In this document: piece after piece, positions 1 through 12,435 of the stretch
Position numbering within the stretch: position 1 is the first letter of the stretch
Layout: the number at the start of each line of letters is the position of its first letter
Source of the DNA: Paragordius varius
Taxonomy: Eukaryota > Animalia > Nematomorpha
Direction of reading: 5' to 3'
DNA length: 64,000 bases
Assembly (NCBI GenBank): GCA_964247055.1
Contig: OZ176054.1
Location: 10,416,001 to 10,480,000 of the forward strand
Position numbers and translations under genes: made by a program
The notes under the pieces: model-generated
The model's input: the letters and a program-made list of their open reading frames with translations, nothing else
Databases searched by the model: none
Told to the model about the DNA's origin: nothing

Positions 1-279
1 TTTTATCGTATATAAAATATTTGTCTTGGATTTTAAGTTTTTAAGCGTATCACCATTCATTAATAAGTTATTGTGGAAAGTTGTGCCTATAGTTTTTCAA
101 GTTTATACAAATTCTTTACACATTTCATGTTTTTAGACATTAAAAAAAACTTTGGTGTTTAAAAATAAATGCGCAAATTTAAACTTTATTTAGTGTGTAT
201 ATATACGCGCAAAATATCAAAAAATTACCAACGAAAATTTCAAAGGATGAATTTGAGATTAGGATAAAAACGAATTTTA

Positions 280-2537
280 ATGGGTCAAGAGACTGAATTT
301 GAAATATTTTTATATGATAATATTATTTGCAATATTTTACAAAATTTATCTGTTTTAGCTCATTATACTACCACATCTTTATTGAGTGAGAATCACTTTT
401 CATCACCATCACCACCAAATACTGAAGGCAAGACAAAAAACTTAGCGTTTCGCCTTATAATTTTACAATCCTTACATCTTTTTAATGGAATTTGGATGAG
501 TCAATCCCTAAAAAAGAATAATAATAATTTTTTAACGCAACTATCCTCCGCTATCATAAAAGTAAACCAATCTGTTGAAAATGCCTTTGATTTCATGTTA
601 ACGGCTTTAACGGACATTATGAAAGGTTATTTTTTCATTTTAGCTTTGGGTGAGGAAAAAGTGTGATTTGTTTTAAATTTTATGTGAGAGGGGAAAAAAT
701 TATTTAATATTGTTTATTTAATATTGGTTTTCCGCAAATGGACATAAATTTTTGGGTTATGAAAGGGGCTAAACCAATGAAATATAATTTATAATTTAGT
801 TATAAAAAAATTTAACCCAAAGAAAGGGCTTTAAATACCGCAAAAAAATAGTCATGGCCAAAAATAATCATATATTTTCATTTAATTATCTTTGCATTAT
901 CCATAAAGTATCTAACATTTTTAACCATTTTTATAATCAAAAATCTTTAAGCTATCGTCTTTTCCGTTTATTTTTTGGATTATGGGAACTTTTTTTATAA
1001 ATAATATACATAGTTAATCCACATATCATATGCAATTATAGCCGAACAAGAAAATGATGAAATGGTTTGTCAAATTGTGTATTCTTTCTACCTTATGTTA
1101 CAAATTCAAATTGAAAATGTTTTAAACCATGACAGTAAATTTACATTAATTTAATTTTTTATTTATTATAAAACGTTGAACTATTCTGTCCTTGATGTTT
1201 TGAAGGTTATGATTGAAAAACACTATAAATATTAACATTTTATTACAAGAAAAACAAATACAAGTATATTTCCTACCCAAAATATTTTTGTTTTAACCAT
1301 CAAAGATTGGTGTCTTTATTTTTTTATAAACGGTAATTACACCACATAGGTTGACAGAAAATTATGCAATAACAATTTGGATTGACATATTTTAATATAT
1401 ATATATATTGTACTTATTATTGTAATTAATATATTAATCAATAATCATAAATTTCAATGAACATAATAAAATTTATCTTAACCTTATTATATAAGGTTTT
1501 AAGACATTTAAACCCTATTTAATGAATAATAATTATTTAAAGCCGTTTAATATATTTATTTACACCACATATTACCCTTTAAATAGATTTTATGGACGAA
1601 AATTGTAGTAAAAATAACTGAATTTTTGATTTCTAAAAATGTTTTTCCAAATTTTGCCATAATAGTAAACAAAAATTATAATATATTATACAGTTAAAAT
1701 ATAAAATACTGATGTTCATTTGTTTGGTCTAAAAACGATTTAACATGTTAAATCAATCATTATTATCTAATAACAATTGATAAATATACCAATCTGTTAT
1801 TCATATGTTTGTATTAAAATCGATATACTATAAATAATTTGGAAAATTATGATATATCAAATTTTAGCATTTATATTATTTGTGATTAGGTATTATACCC
1901 ATACTCATAGACTTAATGCACGATCGTAATCCAATGATTAAACAATTATCTCATGCATGTCTTAACATAGTTGGGGTAATTTATTTAATCTTGGCTTAAT
2001 TATATCAAATTATGATGCGGAATATTAAAATATCAATGTAATCTAAAATTTAAATTTTTCCTTTAAGGAAGAATTGCAAATTTAATATACAAAGTGAGCT
2101 ATATTAGATTTTTAATATTCTCCAGAGATAACATTTAAGACTGTAATTAATATGTGGTTAAGAGATCTACAACTCAATATTTAAATGTTCATATTGGCTA
2201 TATGCAAGATATTAGGGGTAATATGGTTATATCGACTCATTTTTCCCATAAAAATTATTTGTTAAAATTTGTTCTTTGCTATATTTTATAGCAACATTTT
2301 CTCAATTGTCTCTGCTTGAAAAAATGTTCTTTTTGGATAAAAAATGTTGCTTATTACTGAAAAATGGGGTGTATATAGATAAGTTTTATCAATTTATCTG
2401 TCATAATTTACTTTCTTTTTTGGCAATAGCTAAAGGATAAAAAACGGTGGGGACCCCTTATAACCCGGGAAATGTTTGTCAAACACAATGCATATTGGTT
2501 GGAAATGATTGAAACGCTTAAAGATTCATCCTTTTGA
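280..2537 (+). CDS. KIFAP3: Kinesin-associated protein 3 (KAP3), last four coding exons; 5' part upstream of window
   Basis: GT-AG exons in consistent phase: (~280-359, acceptor uncertain)-625, 1042-1134, 1890-1975, 2430-2537 (TGA). Spliced peptide ...ALTDIMKA-EQENDEMVCQIVYSFYLM...IIPILIDLMHDRNPMIK...RWGPLITREMFVKHNAYWLEMIE matches from memory the KAP3 armadillo C-terminal motifs ([26 protein letters not shown] / YLIDLMHDKN / KFRWHNSQWLEM). Confidence 0.82.
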
Positions 2538-2596
2538 GATTCTGCAAAAAAAACAAAAGTGCAATAGTTTTGTAAAAATATGTGCAATATTGCTTA

Positions 2597-2870
2597 CAGT
2601 AAAAATTGAAATTATATGGACAAAATGTGAAAATATAAAGGCAAATATTTTTTTCTAAAAGACAACTATACGTTTTAAATCTTGATTTTTTGATTCTAAC
2701 TTATTATTTAATAGCAGTGAAAAGTGTGATATAGAGATATATGTTACTAACACAATCAATTTTATATTTTACAATTGTATACAAAATCTTATCGAAATTA
2801 AGATTTGAAAAAGTAAGGTTGTTTGCCTTTATATCTTTACGTTTTGTCCGTATAATTCCAATTTTTACTG
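2597..2870. mobile_element. Tc1/pogo-type MITE (TA-CAGTAAAA...TTTTACTG-TA), family copy 1
   Basis: ~30-bp imperfect TIRs CAGTAAAAATTGAAATTATATGGACAAAA / TTTTGTCCGTATAATTCCAATTTTTACTG flanked by TA; lies 60 nt after the KAP3 stop codon. Confidence 0.75.
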
Positions 2871-3863
2871 TATACATGATTATTTTTTTTACTCTTGTTA
2901 TTTTTTGTAAATCTATTTCTATATATTATTTTTTATGAAATAAAAATAATTCATATATATATATATTTATATATTGGACTATTTATTATTTAAAGAATGA
3001 TAAAAAATTTAATTTGATATAAAACAAGTATATTTTATATATATCTAATTTTTTGATTTGCTAAAATTTTTGCTTCAGAGATTTTAATTGCTTTATACAC
3101 GCATGAATGATTAAAAATTAATTTAATCATTAAATGATCATCAATTATTTTAATTGTTTCATTTACTTTAAATGGCGAATATAGAAATTATCAAAATTAT
3201 AGTATTTATATTTCATTCAAACTTAATTTTAACCAAATTAAATTGCATTTTATTTACTTTATATAAAAATATTTTAGTACATTTTAAACTGTTAAATACA
3301 ATTTTAAGGTTTTTTAATAAAAAGAAAATTTATTGGTTTGCTTTTTTATTAACGATCAAACGAAGCTACTTGTAAGTCTGTGACAATAATAATAACACAA
3401 CTCAACCCAAGAAAGGGAATCGGTTATTAATTTTTAAAACTCTTTAAATATAAATTAAATTAAAATGATTAATTCTATTACGTTATATGTTATTTAGAAA
3501 TATATTAATCTTGAAAACAATACGCAATCAAGATTTCACTATAATATGCTCAAAAATTATTGCAACAAATTATTAGTTAAGATATATTTTCTTTGTAACA
3601 AACCCGTTAAGCCTAAATGATAAATTAATAAACTATATGATATTCATTTTTTTAATAAAGGGGACAGAGCTTTTTCCAAATATTAAAAGAAGCGATTAGT
3701 AAACCTCAAATTTATAAAAATTAATTACCAATGCAAACATGTGAATTAGCAATTATGATATGCCATTTTTCAAACAAAAACGCAACATTTTTTCATCCAA
3801 ACGCAACGTTTGCTTGAAAAAATGGTATAGTTAGGAACTTGTGTAGTTTTGTATATATAATTA

Positions 3864-4040
3864 TTGGTTTAGTAGGTAGGGCGCTGGACTTTCACACTGA
3901 TTGACTAAGTTCGAACCTCGAAACTACGCATTTTTCCATCATCACTGTCAGCCCTGGGCAGGCAGGCGGGTCTTTAAAGCCTTCACATGTTCGGATACAG
4001 TTTGAATTCTTACCCTTTAATAAGAAAGGAAAAAAGAGAA
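3864..4040 (+). mobile_element. tRNA-derived SINE
   Basis: A-box-like TAGTAGGTAGG and B-box GTTCGAACC followed by a non-tRNA body. Head and body recur at 26832-26930 (+); the 3' body recurs at 46310-46402 (-). Confidence 0.65.
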
Positions 4041-4152
4041 TTTTGTTATAAACTTTTTAAATATCCTTTTTTCTAATGGCTATACTATTCAAAGATAGCA
4101 AGCTTGAGGGACTATATATTCCTTAAGACTGATATTATATACTATATATATA

Positions 4153-6555
4153 TAAGGTGACCAGACGTCCCGCTTTTGGCGGGACAGTCCCGCTTTTTCA
4201 CACTTTGTCCCGCCTCCCGCTACGTTTTTAAGATGTCCCGCTTTTTCAAGATTATATAAAAAATAATTTTTTTTAATACATTTAAATTTTTTATTAAAAA
4301 TTTATTTTTTTTATTCGTTTAAATTTTTTATCATTAGTTATCTTTAAAAGCTATATCAATTTTAAATTACAATTTTTTATTATTTTTTTCAAATTTATAT
4401 CATGTGATTATACACTTTGCTCCCTACTCTTACTACCAACATTATCAAAAAGACTAATTAGTACCACAAATCGGTAGCTTATATAACTTCAGAAAATTAA
4501 GGTAATAAAGTATATTTTTATACTAATATTTTAGTTATATCACCTGCCAATCTTATCAAAAAGACAAATTAATAACAAAAATCGGTAGCTTATACGTTTA
4601 CTCCAGAAAATTAAGGTAATATTTTTTTAAACTAATATTAGTAAAAAAATATGAGTACAAAAAGAGGTTATTAATTCAACTATGAATTAATGAAAGAATT
4701 TTCTTTTATCAAATAAACGAAGAATGAATCATTTGTTAAATGTTTTTTATGCAAGGGGAATCCACCCTACCACATGGCAGAAAGCATGATTTTACAAAGC
4801 ATATGGAAACACACAAACATAAGAATTGTTTAGATATGGCGGCATCATCTTACAAAATGAGCGATTTTTATCGAAAAACCGCTTTTGGATAGGAAGAAAA
4901 GAATTTGGCACTAGCCCAAGGCGTTTTATCTTTTCACGCGGTAAATCACAATCATTCCTTTAGATCTATGGATTGTACCTCACAGATTATTCGTACCTTA
5001 TTCAATAAAAAATTTACATGTGCCCGTACAAAGGCTGAAGTCATTGTATGCAATGTCCTTTCGCCACATGCATTTTCTGAAATACAAAAAGATTTGCTGA
5101 AAATTAATTTCATATCGCTATACTCTGCTGCATCAAATCACATGGAAACAAAATTATTTCCCACTTTAATAAGATATTTTTATCCAGAAACCGGAGTAAA
5201 AATTAAAATTTTAGTTCTATTTTTCTCGGTGAAAATTCCGACATAATTTTTGCTTCAATAATGAATATTCTAGAAAAAAATAATTTAAAAAATAAAATCA
5301 TCGTATATTGCGCTGACAACACCAATACGAACTTCGCTGGAAAAGCAAGGAGGGGAACAAAAAATATTTTTTATAAATTAGCAGATAATCTTAATCAAAA
5401 CATTATTGGCGCTGTGTGTGCACATATATTACACAACGCTATTCAAACAGCTGCTGATTTGATATCCCTAGATATGGAAAAATTAGTTGTTAAACATTCC
5501 TATTTTTATATATACACGGTACGCGTTGAAACGCTTAAGGGAATTCTGTGAAAATGCAGAAGTTTATTATCAAAAAATGCTTGGATTTTGAAAACTCGTT
5601 GGTTAGCTCTTCTGCCAGCTATTGAAAGAATTTTAAAAATATATGATCCTTTATAATCCTATTTTTTATCACAGGACAAATGTCCTAAAACTTTCGAAAA
5701 ATTTTTTTGAAAGTGATTCTTCAAAAATATAGTTATTCCTATATAATCAAGCTTCTCTCTTTCAAAATGTTATTGAATTGGTAGAAGGTGACAAAATTTT
5801 GGCAATCAAAGTAGCCAATGAAGTTGGTAACCTAAAATTCCAAATGTCAAGAAAGGTTAGAAAATAATTTTATACCATTAACCATCCGCAATATTATAAT
5901 TAATTTACAAAAACAAAGCTTAATAAATCGCCAAGATATCCTGTACCATATAAAAATGTTTTATACAAACTGTATAGATTATTTTGAAGACTGGACGGTG
6001 CAATCCAATGATCATTGGATAACATTAAAACCAGAATTTAATTGGTGCGATGTACAAAAATCATTTGATTACATCTGCATATCCCATTAAGTTATGGACT
6101 ACAAAAAATACAGTAGAAAAGAAATTGTTAGAAATATTTCATCATTTTGAAACAAACTATGTTCCATACAATATTTTAAAAACTGTGGAATTAGCACTAT
6201 CTTTACCTAAAACCAACGCTGCTACTGAGCACGTTTTTTCCACACTAAATCAGGTGTGAACATCGGAAAAATCAAATTTACATGTCGAAACTTTAAAGGC
6301 CATTTTATCTGTCAAATATAATTTGACAAATACTTGTTAAGACTTATATTTTAAAAAAGGATGACAATCTGCTAAAACGCATTCCCTCAAAAAAAATATA
6401 CCAAAAAATAAAATATTTATATATTATAATGTATTTGTGTTAAAAATAAATAAATATTACAATAAATTTTTTGCATAAAAATTGTTGGTTGTACCCTCAT
6501 GCCCCCCTTTCTCAGATTTGTCCCGCTTTTTTCTTCAAAAAATCTGGTCACTTTA
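4153..6555 (+). mobile_element. hAT DNA transposon (Blackjack-like TIR), full length, inactive
   Basis: TIRs TAAGGTGACCAGA / TCTGGTCACTTTA; 8-bp TSD TATATATA (4145-4152, 6556-6563); subterminal GTCCCGC repeats; internal transposase remnants. Confidence 0.92.
4651..6400 (+). pseudogene. hAT transposase pseudogene
   Basis: Fragments in shifting frames: N-terminal zinc finger, YCADNTNTNF, CAHILHN (CxxH), RWLALLPAIERIL, LSLPKTNAATEHVFS (hAT dimerisation motif); many stops and frameshifts. Confidence 0.9.
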
Positions 6556-6608
6556 TATATATAGCATCATTTATTGCAGGTAAAAAAAATTACAATATGA
6601 ATCAAAAT

Positions 6609-7053
6609 TTAGTTATAGGGAAACATTATGTGTATAAATTCGCAAGGACATCTACAAATATCCGCATATTTGTCTTTGATTGAATATCCATAACATCGTT
6701 GGCGACAAATTCTAACTAATTTTTTTTAATTTATGATATGAGAAAAAAAATTTTCATAAAAAGAGCCGATAAATGTAATATTGATATGCAGCATATATAT
6801 AATCCTGTGATGAGTTAATTTTAAAATTGACTTATTAAAATATTGCGAGCAAAGGGGAATTATGTCATTTTTAGTTTATAGATTTAAAGTTTTTTAAAAA
6901 AAATCTTGATTATTTCAAAATGACTTATTTTCATTTGATTTATTTGATTATCAAAAAAAGCATAATTACCAGGACATTGGCAAACCTTACAGCACTTTCC
7001 TGCAGGTAAGAATTGTAATTCGCAGTCTAGTTTGCGGCAAAACACATTGCAAA
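6609..7053 (-). CDS. Small Cys-rich protein, last two exons (VWC-like half domain plus antistasin-like repeat); upstream exons not resolved
   Basis: Exon 7053-6970 (84 nt, phase 1-1, ag|...|gtaatt) encodes CNVFCRKLDCELQFLPAGKCCKVCQCP; exon 6715-6609 encodes RICRQRCYGYSIKDKYADICRCPCEFIHIMFPYN*. Cys spacing resembles the VWC C-terminal half (Cx3Cx4C..PxGxCCxxC) and antistasin (Cx3C.YG...D....C.C). Confidence 0.55.
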
Positions 7054-8059
7054 CTATCATATAATCATATTTTTGAAAATATAAAAAATTCTAATCTCAA
7101 ATATTTTACATGTATTTCGGAAATTAAATATAAAAGTTGTTTAAAAATACTTTTTGATTTGGAATCCGTTTCATAAATAGGTAAAAAGATCAACAAGTGA
7201 TTTTTAGTAAAAGTACCGATGTATAGAATTTCATTTATATGGTGAAAGATTGCGAGTTTATTAAATAATAATTTTATCAAAAAAATATTTATAAAATTTA
7301 TATTTAAGTTTAAAAGGAAAAAATTCAAATTTTTCTCCCGTATTCGTATTATTATATTTAATCAAATTATATTCTAAGGCTAAATAATATTTTAAATCAA
7401 GGTTTCATTTTATAATAAATTAGACAATTAAAGGTAAAACTATTCACAACAAAATAAGCGCAAAATATCAAAATTTACGCAATTTTTTTTATTTCGAAAA
7501 TTAAGTCTTGATTATTATCTATTCAACACAGTAGCGTATGGGTAAAACAACAAAATGTTAAAATTTAGACAATATGTACATTTAATTATGGACATAATTT
7601 GTGTTATAACACACACTACTGTATTACCGATTTAACCAGCATAAAACATACTTAAAGATAAGTTTAAATTGATAGTTTTTGATAAATTTTCCATAATATT
7701 GATGGTAATATTTTTGGAAATTTTTATTTAAAAATGTACTTTCCAGTTTAATTTTCAGTAAAATAATTAATCTATTTTCGTTTGTCATTATTTGACGGAT
7801 TTTACAATTGTTAATATAAAAACGATATAACCTTATATTTACAATGGACCTTTTATAATTCCTTCCGACTTTTTATAATAAATTTACTACAGCGCCTATA
7901 AAAAACACTGACGCTGATTATCATCCACTGTATCGATTTTTTAAATTACAACCGTTTAAAATGGAGAACACTGTCCGAAAAAATTACGTTTCTGGGTATG
8001 GCGGAACTATCATTTAAATTAGTCAAAAAGAAATATTATTTATTTTTTTTAATAATAAT

Positions 8060-8620
8060 TATTAATCTATATATTTATAAAAATGAAAAATGGTGGCTTT
8101 GTGATCTGTTTCCGGAAAACTGGTAGACCCATTCAAATCCAAATATCGAAAAAATATAATCATTAATGAATTCCCCGAAAATAGCTTCGCCCTTTTTTGA
8201 ATTAGGCCCCAAATTCGGGCCCACCCTGTGTAAAAAACAGATTTTTTTGAAAACAGAAGTCCACAAAAATCGTTTCTTTGAGACAATTCTCCAGAAAACG
8301 TGTTGGACCATTCGATTTCAAATATGAATATTTTTTACTTGTTTTCGATTGCGCCGAACATAGTCAGCTCGCCTTAATTTAGGCCCTCTTTTTACCCGCT
8401 CCCACGGTGAAATGCCATTTTTTTCAAAAAAAACTAAGTTCCAAAAATAATTTTTTGAATCTTTTCCCCCAGGGTATGAGACCGTAAAAATTCAATGAGG
8501 ATTCCAGGTATTACCTGTTAAAAGGCAAAAAATTTAGTCGTGCGTTTCATATTGGCTGCTAGGTAAGGAGATACCCGCTAAAAATTGCCCCGTCCTATCG
8601 AAATAGCGCGCTTTTGGGCT
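8060..8620 (-). repeat. Dispersed, inverted homologue of the 61-64 kb tandem-array unit
   Basis: Reverse complement shares long blocks with the array (GAGCGGGTAAAAAGAGGGCCTAAAT, GACTATGTTCGGCGCAATC, GAATGGTCCAACACGTT, AAGGGCGAAGCTATT, CAGATCACAAAGCCA..CATTTTTATAAATATATAGATTA). Confidence 0.9.
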
Positions 8621-9900
8621 ACATTTCAAAAAACCTATCAGGCCATATTATTTCAATAGTTTAAAATATTAACCGTAACAAGGCAAAAATTTAGGTCTTC
8701 CGGTTTTTCAAAATTAGCCGTTAATTAGGCCCTTCACGCCCTGAAAAATACCACACTATAGAGTGATTTTTTAGTTTTGATGCAATTTTTCCAAAAACTA
8801 ATGAGAGCACATGGAATCAATCATGATTCCAGGTATTCTCCGTATAATGGCAAAATTCATGGACGTTTTTTTATATTAGCCTCTGGATAGGGGGCTACCC
8901 GCTTACAACTGCGCCACCATATTGATGCAGCGTGACTTTGGTGGCATATTTAAGAAAATTTATCAAGCCATAAATAAGGGCTTGAAATATTACCCATAAA
9001 AAGGCAAAAATTTAAGTAGAGAGGATTTATTGAATTACCCCTTAATTAGGCCCCTGCCCTGAAAAATGCGCCACCATAGAATGACTTTTTGGTTTTGAGC
9101 CAATTTTTCGAAAATCCCACGCGAGCATATTGAATTAATGATGATTCCAGACCCAAATTAAAGCAAACATTTTAATCAAGCGTTTTTTGTTTGGGCCCTG
9201 GTTAAGGGACTGCCCGCGTAAAACTTCGTCAGCATATCGATAGCCTTTGGAGCCAAATTTTAGCCTATGAGACTGTGCGAGTTCAAAAAGAGCGTAAAAT
9301 ATTTTTTACCCCTTAAAAAACAAACATTTTAGTATAGGGGGTTATTTTAATTACCGCCAAGTAAAGTTTTACGCCGAAAAATGCGCTGCCATAGAACAAT
9401 TTAGTTTTGATTTTAAAGAACTTATAGGAACATCCACATGTTCCTCATATAAAGGCAAATATTTTTCCCAACTTTTTTATACTTGCCCCTGGGTAACGAG
9501 CTACCCTTCAAGATTGCGTCACTGTATAAAAATTGCATTGTATTGGAGCTAATTTACAGAAAATTTAAGCAGCCATATGAGCTCATTAAAAGCTTGAATA
9601 CCTGTGTGGTAAAAAAGGTCAGGTGTTATTTTATTAGCCGTTAATTTGGGCTTTTATGCCCTAAAAATACGCCATCATATAACGATTATTTAGTGTTGAG
9701 GTATTTTTTCAAATAACCCATGAAACGATGAAAGATGATTCCAAATATTTGCCCTATAAAGGCAAAGAAGGTAACTCAACGCTTTTTCCATATAGGTCTA
9801 TAGGTGTAGAGGTCTACCGGTTTCAAAGTCATACGTCATATAAAAATGGCGTGGTTTTGGAGCTAATTTTTATAAAACTTAAGAAGCTATAGGAGTTCAG
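8480..9900. repeat. Old degenerate tandem array, ~160-bp monomer / ~315-bp dimer
   Basis: AAGGCAAA-like motif at ~8522, 8680, 8847, 9001, 9161, 9318, 9452, 9611, 9759; GATTCCA motif only every second unit (8500, 8825, 9143, 9737). Confidence 0.75.
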
Positions 9901-10429
9901 TTAAACACATTTCTGGGAAATTTGTCTAATAACCACAAATGATTTACCTTTTATATCCCTTGATCCCAGCTGTGTGAAGACAATTTCAAAATAAAATTTT
10001 ATGATTTCGTAAAACGAAATGATAGTTGAATATTAACATTAATAAGGGGCAGTTTAAATATGGTCGATTTCTAGTAAACATTCGAGCCTATGCAAAAACC
10101 CGTAAAAGATAAAGACATTTTTTTTATTAAATATGTTTTTATATATTTTTATCTCCATTACCTCTATTTATTGCAGAATAATTTTCGTGAGACTACGTCA
10201 CAGCGAAGGGTGTAGGGCCAGCTATATTCATTTAAAAATTGTAATGTATTTAAAAACGGTCATGTTGTGTGGGCTTCCTTTTGGAATGATAGAAGTCTCA
10301 ATACAAAAATCTATGAAGAAGGAAGTGTTTCCGCTGTAAAAATTTATAATTAATGTATACTCTTAACATTGAAAAATAATAAACAAGACAGCTTTGCATA
10401 TTAAATTAAATTAATAAAAAATAAAAACA

Positions 10430-10503
10430 AGGCACTGCCGAGATTCGAACTCGGGATCTCCTGTTTACTAGACAGGCGCTTTAACCAACTAAGCCACAGC
10501 GCC
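10430..10503 (-). tRNA. tRNA-Thr (AGT)
   Basis: GGCGCTGTGGCTTAGTTGGTTAAAGCGCCTGTCTAGTAAACAGGAGATCCCGAGTTCGAATCTCGGCAGTGCCT folds to a full cloverleaf; anticodon arm CCTGT-CT AGT AA-ACAGG; downstream T-run terminator. Confidence 0.96.
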
Positions 10504-11817
10504 ACTAGGAATTTTTCATAAAATATTAATTTATATAAAATTGCTTGGTGGGTTTTTTAGAAGCAGATGCGTGAACTACGTAGCTTCAATTCAGCTTTCC
10601 TAGATGCGCAATAACAGATTATATGGTTCAATAAATTTTTATTTTATCCAACAAAAAGTGCCCAAACGAATTCCTTTTTATAATAGTTTTTTATTCTTTG
10701 CTAGAATCATTATTATATTATCCCAACAAGATGAAGTCAGATTGGGGTTGAATTCCGATCGATAGAATTTTATGTATGAATAATTATACGTTAAACCTTA
10801 TATGCAAATAATTGCTTATGCTTACTGAGTTTTTGCTAATGGCCTACTTTTATCTAATAATTATGTTATTAATATGGAGAATATATTTTTATGTAAATAT
10901 AATGTTTTAACATTTTTTATTAGGTATGATGGGATTTTATGTTATAAATTTATACGGGAGCCCACAAGAAGGGCAGCCAATAGGGATTCTTGACAATTAC
11001 CCATAGCCACAGACACTGACCCTAAGGATAGGCCTATAAGCAGTGATACATCCACAACCAGACTGACATAATGATATTATCTGTATGACCAACACATACA
11101 CCTTGAACAACTATGCTATGATAACAGGTATTAATACGCATACAGGGTTTAACATATAGAATATAGGACTTAATCTTATTATTTAGGCTAGGTTTGAAGC
11201 AATTCACAAATAGGTTTTGTATTGGGCATACCAGCCTAAGATAGTTAAGCAACCTAAACATTCACTCTCTATTACTAATGCAAACACCACTACATACATG
11301 TCTATATCTATAACGTATCACTATATCCTTAGATATAATCCCAGCCTCGATGCTCCTAAACGGCTGTCCCTGTACCACCATTTGGTGTATGGAAGGAGAG
11401 CAAGGGACGTCTTTGGTTGACAGTGGTGACATGCAATTAAAAATTTCTGGAAAAATTAATACATGAATTAAGTGGGTGTAATGGAATGTTTGAAGTTGTA
11501 AATATAATTTTATATAATAAAGTCGAAATATAAGTTTTATTAATAAATTTTTTATTTTTTAATAATATATTCATACGTTTGCTAAATAAATTCTTGTATT
11601 TTCATTCACCTATGAAATCCTTATATTTTAACAGTGGTGACTGGGTCTGCTACACCTTTTTTTGATACACTTTGATACACATATTTTGCAATCGGCCTAT
11701 TTGTTTCAATTTTTGTTAATGAGAGCTTTTATTGATCTAGTTTTTTAATTGGTTAAAAGGAGATGTTACATTTCTATTTTTAATTATAATTTATCAATTT
11801 CAATTGTTACTATAATT

Positions 11818-12435
11818 TAATGTGACCAGATAGGCTGTTTTTCGCAGTATAGTACTGCGTTTTTGGAAAAAAACTGCGCCTGTACTGCCCTGACTTTTGT
11901 ACTGCTTTTAAAATTTTTTTGTAATATTAATTACCTTATATAAAAAATTAATGTAAAATTTTATAGAGTATCCGCTGTTAAAATAATAATTTGTAAAAAA
12001 TTAAAGGTTCATTCGGTAAATGCTAATATTAATCTATTTTAATTGGTTAATATTTTATTTGATTGAGTACATGGAATCGGGTTTCGGACCGGTAAAATCG
12101 CTTATGAAGGCAATCGCCCAGTGGAGGAACTATAATTCTTTCGACCGTAAGATTTAGGCTAAAGGCCCTTTAACTCAGGGCTTTCGCAAAAGCGGCTTCA
12201 AAATATAAAATAAACACAAAATGAATTTATGATGTTTTAGTAATTAAAAGTTCAATGTTTGTTTCATTTGTTTCAGTTAATTTAATGCATATGTTGGATA
12301 TTTTTAACTGTTTCTAATAAGTTAATAAATAGTAAAGAACTATATCATCAGATAAACCGCAGCACTGGTGTAAAAATAGGCAATGTATGTTTTAATTTTG
12401 CACTGCGCCAGGATTCAAAATGTATGGTCACATTA
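11818..12435 (+). mobile_element. Non-autonomous hAT element (TAATGTGACCA termini), copy A
   Basis: TIRs TAATGTGACCAGATA / GTATGGTCACATTA; perfect 8-bp TSD CTATAATT (11810-11817, 12436-12443). Confidence 0.88.

Noticed and set aside
2412-2543. Open frame with splice-like ends on the minus strand
   Set aside because: It is the antisense of the KAP3 terminal exon, which has clear homology.
2741-3375. Numerous 60-100 aa F/I/L/K/Y-rich ORFs across the window
   Set aside because: Composition is what random AT-rich DNA gives; many start at non-ATG codons or lie inside MITEs.
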